From assembly GCA_030295235.1 (NCBI GenBank), contig AP026134.1, positions 868,001 to 932,000 on the forward strand: DNA of 64,000 bases. Direction: 5' to 3'. Positions within the stretch are counted from its first letter, which is position 1; each line of letters begins with the position of its first letter. The DNA is from Fistulifera solaris. Its lineage: Eukaryota. Below, one piece after another: positions 12,057-22,223 of the stretch. The translations under genes and the position numbers were made by a program. The notes beneath the pieces were generated by a model, which saw only the letters and a list, made by a program, of their open reading frames with translations, did not search any database and was not told where the DNA came from.

Positions 12057-13190
12057 ATGGGTAAAAACAAGCGTTTAAAAAAAGAAAAAGAGAGAACGGG
12101 AAAGACAAGGTCATGATGCGGCTGCGGCGACGACTGACGGAAGCAATAACAAAGACTCCGCGACATTTGAAAGAACAGGAGAAAAGAGAAAGTATAATGT
12201 TGTCACAGAATCGTGCGACGCGTCGTCATCGGCTGACAAACGACGCAGACAAGGTACGTTTAGAAGCTGCATCTTCTTTCGCACGCTTCGAAGCCGAACT
12301 CGTTGTTTTCTCGCTAACGTGTCACGGTCAATATGATGTGCCAGATTGAAGCATTTCGAAAGGCAAAATGCTATTCAGAAGTGCTCTGAATTGCGGGTGT
12401 GATATCTGTATTATTTACAATCCCAACTTCGATGTTCTCAATAGCAATTTGGATAACTTTGTACTCCTTTCTAACGATTCATTGCTCGCCAATCGTTTAA
12501 AGCAGAAATGGAAGGTCAGAGCCAGAGTGTAAAAGAAGGACCCAGTTTCCCTTATCCTACTGATGCAGATGATCACTGCGAATCGCCAATCGATTCTTAT
12601 CAAGATGTACTTCCACTGCTTCGTTTGCTTCGAGGTAACCGACAGCCTGACGCTTTTGCAATCTACGATCCTTACTTTTGTGACGGTGCTGTAAAGGAAA
12701 ACTTTGCCAAATTGGGCTTTCCCAACGTGTACAACCAGAAAGAAGATTGCTACAGCATATGGTCAGATGTAGGCAAGTATCCTATGTTTGATGTCTTCGT
12801 GACAAATCCTCCGTACAGCGGCGATCACATCGAAAAGCTTATGAAGCATGTCACATCAAAAGAGTTTGGCAATCGGCCTTGGTTTCTTTTGATGCCCAAC
12901 TGGGTCCACAAAAGGACTATTTTTTAAATCTGACAAAGTCACTCAATGTGTTCTATATAGTTCCAAAAAAGCGATATGTGTATATACCTCCCCAAAACTT
13001 TCGAGAGTCCAAGAGAAGCGATGTTCACAAGAAATCATCGCCGTTCGTGAGCATGTGGTATATTTATGGAGGAAACGAAGCCGTGAACAACAAACTGATT
13101 CAGCATTTCATTCGCTCCGAATCGGCCGCTTCTTGTGACTTGGCACGGAGCAAGAGTGCTCTGCGCGATCTGCGGCGCAAGAATCGATAA
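12057..13190 (+). CDS. NPPY-motif amino-methyltransferase-like protein (N6-adenine MTase fold); intron ~12254-12505; frameshifts
   Basis: Basic NLS-like N-terminus MGKNKRLKKRKR, motif-I-like YDPYFCDG, catalytic VTNPPYS and FLLMP. Continues in the second frame after the homopolymers near 12915. Confidence 0.65.
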
Positions 13191-14057
13191 TGCCGTGTTT
13201 TTGGCAACACTCTGAATACATTTCTGATGATCCGCTCTTATCTACGACCTATGTCTACATTCATGGCATCTTTAGCTTACGTGCATTTCATCTATTTGTG
13301 ACGTCAAATTACAGCCTTTGAAGGCTTCGAAGAATCCGTAGTTCTCAATTTGCGCCATTGTTGTTAAAGTTTGCCTACTCCATGTGCATTCGAAATTGTT
13401 TTATTTAAGCCTATCTCTTCGTCCTGCCTAAAGTAATTCTTGCGAGTCGGAAATCAAATTATAAGCCAGTCGTAATCGTAAGCGACTTCATCATTTGCCT
13501 TAGCATTTTCTTATTTAGAATTTAGTATACCAGTACGAGTGCGACTTATGTGAAATGGGCAAGACCTTAGGGCTTAGGGCAAGACTTCCTGCGTTCTTTT
13601 TTTCTCTACAGAGATTTAATTAGTTAAAGGTTGGACAACCTGTTTCCCCGAAAATGACGATTACCTTACTGTGAGCCTCGCAGAAGCGTTGACAACCTGT
13701 GAAGCTGAAATAGTACAGCCCGACGCGCGCCGCGTTGTTTGACATTTGACTCGATGGCTCGATGCTCGATGCTCGATGGATGGATGATGCACGGCGCACT
13801 TTCTTTGCACGAGATACTTTTAACTTGTACCAGTTATTTGACCGGGTACAAGTACCTTACCGGTTGTAAGATGACCCCAAGTGCATCATCCATCTTCAAA
13901 TAATAATCTGCAAACGACTTTCCGGTTTAATCGAAAGTCCGTATAAGAGATCATAGATAGATCATTCTTCTTGGTTGCAAACATTTCGAAGAAAATTTTC
14001 GAAGAAAAGAAAGAATATTCAGTTTCTTTTTTATTCGTAAGAGATCCCCTTTTTTCA

Positions 14058-17000
14058 ATGTCTCATTCGTTCTCGACAAACTGGCGAATGAAACATCCCT
14101 CGCTTCCGAAAACATTACTTGATGACGAATCAGACGAGCAATTACAACACGTGAACAATCTGTTTAAAAGGGATCTTTGATAGGCGCTGCTATTTGGGTG
14201 TTTTTGCTCGTTCTAGTTCTCCGCTACTCGCCTGCTGCGAGCTATGAAGAACCATGGGGATTAGAACAAACAACACATCTTATTGTCTACTTGGTTCTTT
14301 GCGCATCAAACGGATCAAGGATCGTACCATTATGTCTACGAGAGCTGAATTTTAGCTTTATGAAAAGTGGATTTCTCGCAAGCGCCCTTTCTGTGCAAGC
14401 GATTGCTATCGTTTCAAATTTCATCATGTGGTACTTTCCGAGTCCAGTGTTGATTGATGAATACAGTGGTTTGCGGTTTCACATGGTGCGCTGGGCAGAG
14501 TGGACCGCCTTAGCATTTATCATGACGTTCTTGACGTGTAATCTGGACGCAGCTGTCCAGCAAGGAGAGGGGAAAGTTAATTTCGTGTATCCCACAATGC
14601 TAGCACTGAGTACGTTTTGCGGGATGCTTTTTCCACTTTGTCGTGATGGTATTTCATGGTGGATTGTTATGACATTCGCGTGGCTCTGTTTCAATGCGAT
14701 CTTCGTCCTCGTGTATCGACGAAGGAAATCGTACTCTTTCCACAAGAAGACTCTCGAAGACTCAACAGCTTCATTACCACACGAAGCAACCCTCGACCTT
14801 TCTAGATCTGCATATAATCTGGCGCTAGCTTGCGCGTCAACGTGGACGATGCTCTCCATTGTTTTTACGTTCATGTGCTTTACAAACAAGCTTGCTCCGA
14901 CCGACAGCTGGTTGAATCATCCTGCGAATCCAGTTGTTTTCACCGCATGCTTTGAGGTCGCATCGAAAGTCATTTACCTTGGCTGTGTTTTTGATACATA
15001 CGACAAGGTATTTGACGAGAAAGCTATCGCACTTCGCCGTTTAGAAGAAATGAGAAACTTCATGTGTGCGGTTTGGGCGTCGTCGTCAGATGCCATTGTT
15101 TACGTGCTGGATGGATACGATCACATAAGCGCCAGGATCAGCCCTGCGTTTCTTAAGTTGATTGGTGTTGCCAGCGGAAGAGCTTGTTCGCTTCTGGGAC
15201 GGGGGGATGTTTCGCTGATTATCGATATATCACCCAGCAAGGGTTCTTTTACCGTCTTCGCCATGGATCTGACAAAAGAAGTAACTCGGGAAGACGTTGC
15301 GAATGCACTTAATGCGAAGAAAATCTTCTTTGAGCAAAAGAAGACCTGACAGTTGACGAAGCAAACATTGTGGCAGTTGCCGAACTGATTTTGAATGAGA
15401 CCAAGATACCTGGTCAGACCATGAAAGTCTTTCATAAAATCGAAAATGACCTAAAAGTGAGCATCCCGTGCGAGGCGACAGTGGCGGATCTTGAAGGGAA
15501 CAGCAGGGTGGTAGTTCTTCGTGATATCTCTGATAGGCTGCAGCGCTTTGAAGCCGAAAAGCGATTGATTCAAGAAGTGACATCGCGAAAGAAAGACACC
15601 GAAGCGAATAACTTCACGCGGCATGAAGTAAAGAATGGCATCTTGGCCTCCATAGGCATTCTGGATCATATCAAAGAGCTGATGGCCCATCGGGCGAGTG
15701 TACCGAAGTGTGCAATTGCACCATCTGTGGAAGGTTCTAGCCAAAAAGATCAAGTAATCGATGCACTCACCGAGCTCGACAGCACCCTCCGTGACATACT
15801 AGACACAATTCATGATGAAGCAATGGCAAAAGAAATCATTTACGGTGAATACGCCCCCAGAAAAGATATTTTAAGAGTCCGTGACGTTTTGGATTCTATA
15901 CGACAATGTGGAGCTTCAAACAGGTTTCCTTTGCACATCAAGCCAGACTTTCCTCGCGTGTTCCTCGACCGTCAGCTTCTTCGGTACATCTACCGCAACG
16001 CCTTATCCAATGCATGCAGATATGGACAACACAACGGGACGGTGGAAAGTTTTGTGTACTACGACCGAGGCACCCGTGTTTTTACCTTGAAAGTAACGAA
16101 CCTACCCGGGGAAGGTCATGATGAGCTTTTGGAGTTGGATGATGACCAAGTACGCAGCATATTCGAACCCGGCGTGCGACTTGCTCAGAACCATCACCCT
16201 TCTGCCAAGAATGCACAGGCTATCAACAAAGAATCATCGGGCAATGGAGCATGGATCATGCAGAAATGCGCCGAATGTCTTGGCGGATCGTGCAGTATGC
16301 AATTCGACGAAAACGGTGCAACATTCTCCTTCGTATGCACAATCGATGCCGAGGAGCGCCCGTCGCTGACATTGGACACCACGTTCTGTCTTCCAGCAGG
16401 CACATGGGGTATTTCCATTGATGACTCAAGAATCCAACGGAAGCTTATGGATCGATTTCTTGCTCAAGCAGGAATTGAGCAGTCGCGAAGGGTTGTCCTG
16501 GGTGCCAATGCCAACGAAGTTTATAGCTTCGTCGACACTGTAATCAAGCTTGTGAGCGAAAACCCGGATGACAAGTTTCTACTGATCGCCGACGAGAATC
16601 TAGACATCGAGTTTGATGGCCAGAGGAACGCTACTGTTTCCGGTTCCCTATGTGTTGAACAAATTATAGGGAAGCTCGACACGGATTCGGAGAAGCGATT
16701 GCTTGCGCTTATTCGGAGCGCTAACGACTCACTGTCGGATCTGAACCTGTACAGAAATCGGTCTCATGGTGTTCTAATGAAGGAACCAATCAAAAGTGGT
16801 GGTGTTCTCGGCATAATCAAACCGTTCTGGAACGACCGCTTTTCATTAAAAGAAGTCACAGAGGCCCCGGAGTCTGCTACTGATCAAGGAATCGACGCAT
16901 TTCAACTACAGGGACCCTCTGAAGAGGATCTTCGCGAATCTTTCCGGGTGATCAGGGCACTGTCGTCGGTTGAAAATAACGAGAAGCTGCGGCGAAGGTG

Positions 17001-17190
17001 GCACCCTCTCCGTGATCGTTTACACGCTTTGAAAGGGGATCTAATGAGCATGATGGCAAAAGATAAACTTGCTGATGTGATGAAACTCATTGATGAATTC
17101 CTCGCAAGCTCTGTATTTCCTGAGAGCTTTTTGAGCGATTGGGAAGCAGTCGAGCAGATTGTGGAATACGAGCTCTCCAAAAGTCCCTGA
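14058..17190 (+). CDS. Rhodopsin-histidine kinase hybrid: 8-TM microbial rhodopsin + PAS/PAC + HisKA + HATPase + receiver + HPt (two 1-nt indels, ~14177 and ~15338)
   Basis: Helix C RWAEW (14489-14503); helix G FEVASK with Lys at 14966-14968; PAC-end VLRDISDR; H-box TRHEVKN (His 15622); N-box RNALSNACRYG; receiver IDDS...ADEN (Asp 16591)...SAND...MKEP; HPt HALKG (His 17023). Confidence 0.85.
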
Positions 17191-17428
17191 GACCTTTATT
17201 ATAAGATAATGCAGCATAAATTAGACAACTTTTTGTAAACAAACGCCAATTGTTTCAGCCGACTTTCTCTCTTATCTTCTCACACCATTTGCGCCCAGGG
17301 GTAGGAACAACAATTTTTTTATATAGACCGTCCGTCGAGGTCATGTGGTCCGGTTTGTGACTTGGTGATGGGAATGGTCGAGGTGCAGATGCAAATTATC
17401 ATAATTGCCAAGGCAGTGCCAACAATCA

Positions 17429-17701
17429 ATGCGGGTAATCAGAGCACTTTCGTTGATTGATAGTGATGAAAAAATGAGACGGGGATGGCATATCCGGAAT
17501 CGCCTCCATGCCTTGAAAGCAGACCTTATGAGCATGATTGCAAAAGACAAATTTGTGGATGTTTTGAAATATATTGACAACTTCCCCCTGCATCCCACTT
17601 TTCTAGAAAGCTTTTTGCATGAATGGGAATTCATGGAGCAGCTTGTAGCGCGAACGCTCACAGAAAACTTACAGGTACTTCATAGAGCGAGCTTCGCATA
17701 A
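17429..17701 (+). CDS. Stand-alone HPt-domain paralog of the upstream kinase C-terminus (small gene, alternative exon or remnant)
   Basis: About 46/78 identical residues to the kinase HPt by hand alignment. HALKAD keeps the phosphoacceptor His (17507). Frame is intact with many synonymous changes. Confidence 0.7.
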   Translation: MRVIRALSLIDSDEKMRRGWHIRNRLHALKADLMSMIAKDKFVDVLKYIDNFPLHPTFLESFLHEWEFMEQLVARTLTENLQVLHRASFA

Positions 17702-17889
17702 GTATACGCTGTAGACAAACCCGCCATTCGTACCACCCTTTCTCGGGATTGCCGCTTAGATTGCTTCAAAGTTATAGTTACTACTTGTTCAGACGCAGAA
17801 ACAAAAACGATGAGTAACTGTTTAGCTTGATTGATTTTTCGTTGCTGCGATAATTTACCGCGTGATTGCTGTTTTTAAGGCGTGCCCTT

Positions 17890-19571
17890 TCATTGCTCGG
17901 ATTCTTCTTCTTGGTTGCCTCTTATTGTTTTGCTGTCCCAGTCTTTTCCTGATTCAAGGGATTGTAAAGCGCGGTCAAGTACTGGAGATGGAAACTTAGT
18001 GACGGCAAGGGGAAATCCATAAATTTGACCCTTTCGAAAAAGAATGAAAGACGGAACCGCATCAACACCGAGATAGCGACCAAGTTCTTTTCCTATCTCT
18101 CCGGTCGCATCTGCTTGACAGAAAACGATATCCCTTTTTCCTTTCTGCAGTCGTGAAAGCCGCTGATATTGAGGCCGCAGATACCTGCATGTGCGACAAA
18201 ATGGGGCTGATAAGAACACACATCCAGTCAGTTCTCCATCAACAATATAATCTTGAAGACCCCTTACACCTTGAAACTGCAAAATGTTGTGGGGATTTTG
18301 TTCTTGGCGCTCTTTGGCTGCAGCGGCAGCTTCACTAACAGGCTTCTTACTGCGTGGCGTTTTGTCTCTAATGGGTGAATTCTTCTGTTCCCGAAGCATG
18401 TTCAGGAGCGGGCTAGTGTTTCTCACGACCATTAACCCCTCCTCCTCTTCATCTTCTGTTTCTTCCATCCAAAGGGAAAATGATGTGGTCGGAAAGCCAA
18501 ACCGCGCATTCGATTCAATATCTCGAGGCCACGTGGAGCTTTCCCAATAGTCCCCCATCGTCCATCCTCGAACTGTGGCTGTAAAATCATCTTGTTGAAC
18601 TGTGCTGGTTGGTGTTTTGTTGGCTGGCCACGTGAAACCGGCCTCGAAAAGGGACTGAATGGTTGTCCCTAATTGTTTCGGGGCTGGTGGCTGAGGGAGT
18701 TGCGCACCGGCCAGTTTTTCTACGTGCGCCTTGGCCCGACCTGGACCTGATAGCATACCCGCTTCGCTAAATAGTTGCTGCTGACGCGTAACAGTCGATA
18801 CGTATTGTTGGCAGTTGTGTCGTGACTTGAGCAAGTCTATCACTGTTTCCTCGGAAAAGACGCCATCGACGACGGTGATTCGTCGCCCAGTGTATCCAGC
18901 AAGGCGTCGAACTTACCCAATTTAGCAGCAAATCCCATCTCATTCTCGGATGGAGATGTAACGCTTATATTTCTTTCGCTAAATTTGAGTGATTTCGTCG
19001 TGATAACATGCACTTGACATTTCAAAGCAGCCAGCGCCCGAGCTGCCATTTGCGCATAATCATTGCTTCCAATTATTGCGACAGTAATTGACTCTGTAGA
19101 TATCATACTGCTTTGCAAACTTCCTCCGATATCGGCAATAGTAGGCAGAAGACAATGTACCGCAGCCCACGCAAACTGCATCGTTTGCGCGGCGAGCTGA
19201 TCCGAAACTTTGGGAGGAATGCGTGCCACCGAGGATGGGTACAATTGCCTTGACGCGTTATTGCGGAGACCTACAACGCGATCACCTTCTTCAGTAGTAC
19301 CTGTAGCGAAGCATAACGCCGCAGCGAAGGACTGTGTGTTGATTAATCCTTCTTCCTTCAAATGGCGTTCCATTGAACGCCATTCTGAGCCGTCGACGAT
19401 AGCCCAGTATTCCTTATAGTTTTTGTCCGTTAGAAGAACAGGAACATCAGCGTCTGTAGACGAAGACAACTGTCTCGAAGCTTTACTTGTTGACTGAGAC
19501 GACGGTGAAAGAGAAAACGCCAGAAGACAAGATGGTAGTAACGCAAACACAACCAGTGCGCTTGATCTCAT
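17890..19571 (-). CDS. Plastid-targeted protein with Rossmann/MDR-like N-part and C-terminal thioredoxin-like domain; frameshift near 18850
   Basis: Presequence MRSSALVVFALLPSCLLAF-S, VAIIGSNDYA and FDALLDTLG. C-terminal FLSAPFCRTCRYL...GVDAVPSFILFRKG thioredoxin fold. Confidence 0.65.
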
Positions 19572-20465
19572 ATTAGGAGGTCGCAAGGCAGAAAACAATT
19601 TCAATCTAAGACCTTCGTAAAATATGGAATAAGAGAGAGAGTGAAGGAAATCCTTTTGAATGGTGAGAAACCTTCTTTCAATGGTGAGAAGCACCCCCTG
19701 TAACGCCTCCCTTTATAATGAGAAAGGAGATGGTTACAGAAAGTCCGGAACAAATCTTTTCAATTATTTTCCCTTTCATCTCGCAAAGGACGGAGCAGCT
19801 GCACCGTTTCTTGCACCGCGGTCGTCAAAACCGAACTGGATCTCCAACGGACAAAAAAAGGTGTCAACTGTGTCACTTTGAAGCTAAATGTACAGGGTAC
19901 ACTTTACGAGAGATTCTGAACGCTCCACGTTGGTCATGTTAACGCTTTGTTCACGTCGAGAGGTTTGAATCTAGATTCTATAGGTTATACGTTCTTGGAT
20001 GGTTGTTCAGTTGCTGATTGAAAATGACGTTTGATGAATTCTTGTAATTGCTCTCTAGTCGGAGATTTTGAAGTTTCACCAAGATGCTTCAAAGCATCAA
20101 GACTGCGATGTATTGCTTTCCGTCGGAATTAACATCTTGCTTTCGCAGTTCCAGCCGGCGTGTAGCCTCAGTTTAACTTCGATCTTGATTGTCTACAGTG
20201 TGAGACGAGTTCTTGTGTAAAAGTAAAGATGATTATATATTTTGCAATCTCGAGCTTTTTCTCTGAAATTGGCCTCTTCGAATATCTAGAAAGTAGATTT
20301 CGGTTTCGGTTTCGGTTGCGGACCGGTGCTCGGGGATGCACAGAAATTTGATTTGACAAGAAAAAAGTCGCATCTCTCCCAGAGAGATCAAAAAGCTCTG
20401 ACCGCGATTGAATTTCAAGCACCGTAGAAAACCAAATACTAGCCGTAAGTCAACATCTATGGCGA

Positions 20466-21182
20466 CTATCTTTTTTTGCTTGCTAACGATATCCCAACAC
20501 GATCGTTTGAGCCCGTCACATGAAAATTCCATCCTTCGATACCGTATTTCTCTGCCACTTCTTGGATATACGATTGTGTCGACGAAGGAAGACGGTAACT
20601 AACGAGCACGTACGTCCCGTTCAACAACATACTAGACTGTTTCATCAATCGCAGAATTGTATTATCCCAGTCATCACCACAGAGAAATGCATCCATCAAG
20701 CCTTTATCAATGATTGAAGCATAGTAGCCTTGTCGATGCGACAGAAGCGACCCTATCTCTAGCACATCACCACAAATGAAATCGAAATGTTCTTCATGTG
20801 CATACCGTTTGCGCAGTATATTTATACAAGTCGAGGACGAATCCAACAATGTTACTTGTCGATTACTGAAGTAGTCCGGTAATCGAGAGTTGCCGCATCC
20901 GATCATCAAGATGGGGCCGTCCGGAATGTATTGCAGGACAGCGGTAGTTGGTATCGATGAATGCCACTCATATACTTGTTCCGTTTGATTTGCTATTTGG
21001 TAAAAGGCTTCCCATTCTCGAGAAGAAGAGAAATCAAAGTTCTCTATAGCAGGTTGTGGAGTTGTTGAAAAGAATGGCCCATGTGTGTGAATGACAAAAT
21101 GAGTCTTGCTTGTAGCAATCCAAGCGACCGCGTACGTCGTCCAGTGGATGAGTTGAATGGCAGAAAGATAATGCTTATGCAT
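20466..21182 (-). CDS. Class I SAM-dependent methyltransferase (METTL13/EEF1AKMT4-like)
   Basis: WEAFY, YEWH, ILMIGCGNSRL (motif I), LLDSS and IIDKGLMDA. Confidence 0.85.
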   Translation of the reverse strand: MHKHYLSAIQLIHWTTYAVAWIATSKTHFVIHTHGPFFSTTPQPAIENFDFSSSREWEAFYQIANQTEQVYEWHSSIPTTAVLQYIPDGPILMIGCGNSRLPDYFSNRQVTLLDSSSTCINILRKRYAHEEHFDFICGDVLEIGSLLSHRQGYYASIIDKGLMDAFLCGDDWDNTILRLMKQSSMLLNGTYVLVSYRLPSSTQSYIQEVAEKYGIEGWNFHVTGSNDRVGISLASKKR

Positions 21183-21534
21183 ATCCCCGGTTTTAACGTT
21201 GAAGAAACATGAACTTTAAGGACAACAGGCGATGCTCTAGAGTAACTTTTCTTGTTACATTTTGAGCAAGACAAGCAGTAATCATCGACACTGCGTGATG
21301 GTGTGTTGGGTATTGGCGGGTGCGCGCATCAAGTGCGAAGAACTCATGATTAACGACTGAAAAGCAGTCGTGGTCGATGAGAACCAATAGAGAAGCAGTT
21401 TCTTTTCATCGTCGCAATACAAGGAAAATAATAATGAGTCAACATTCAACAATTCAACATTATTGTGACTGATAATCTTATCTTGACAACTTTGCATTGA
21501 AAATAGAACACAAAACACATCGAATTAAAGGGTC

Positions 21535-22029
21535 ATGAACGAATCTCATAGCAGCAACATGTCGTCAAGACCAGGTTTAAATTCACAGCCCCCGCGTGGT
21601 GGATTGTTCGGTGCTATTCACGAATTTCATCGTCGCCATGAAAGGTTAAAGAAATTTGTGCACGAAGGGATGAGATATCCATTGCCTCCCGCTGGACGAG
21701 CATTCATGGGATTCGTTTACTTTTGTATCCCGGTTATTGGAGGATGTGCTATCATGGCTTGGACGGCAGAAAAGTCAAAACAATCGATCGGCGAACACGG
21801 TGAGCGTCTTCCTGTTCCTGCTGGACAGAATATGGGAAATAAACGTGTATTAGACGATGGAGAACTTCAAAAAGTAGGTGCGGGAGGTTGGGGTGGCGGG
21901 GTGCATTTAGTCGCGTCGGATGAAGAAACACAGAAAAAGATACAGCGGCAGATTCGAAAGTTTCTCCGAATGCAAAAGAAGAAGATGCAAGAACAAGTAG
22001 ACGACACCAACTCGGATGAAACGTCTTGA
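21535..22029 (+). CDS. Hypothetical single-TM protein
   Basis: Clean 164-aa ORF with one hydrophobic segment (FMGFVYFCIPVIGGCAIMAW) and a basic C-terminus. Confidence 0.6.
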   Translation: MNESHSSNMSSRPGLNSQPPRGGLFGAIHEFHRRHERLKKFVHEGMRYPLPPAGRAFMGFVYFCIPVIGGCAIMAWTAEKSKQSIGEHGERLPVPAGQNMGNKRVLDDGELQKVGAGGWGGGVHLVASDEETQKKIQRQIRKFLRMQKKKMQEQVDDTNSDETS

Positions 22030-22223
22030 TGAATGAGAAAGGATTAGGGTGTCGATAATGTCCTCATCATTGAATGGAACTAGAGTATTGCTAATCATCG
22101 CTGATGGCGGCACCAAGTGCTAGGATGAAACCCAATAAATGATACTGTACAGATAACATAAGGTCCAGCTGCAATCAAATTTGCAATCTATAGCAACCTT
22201 TATTTCACCGTAGGCTACTTCAT

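Noticed and set aside
14170..15350. Programmed ribosomal frameshifting or pseudogene status for the rhodopsin-HK
   Set aside because: The same type of indel occurs in essential housekeeping genes across the window, and all catalytic residues are intact.
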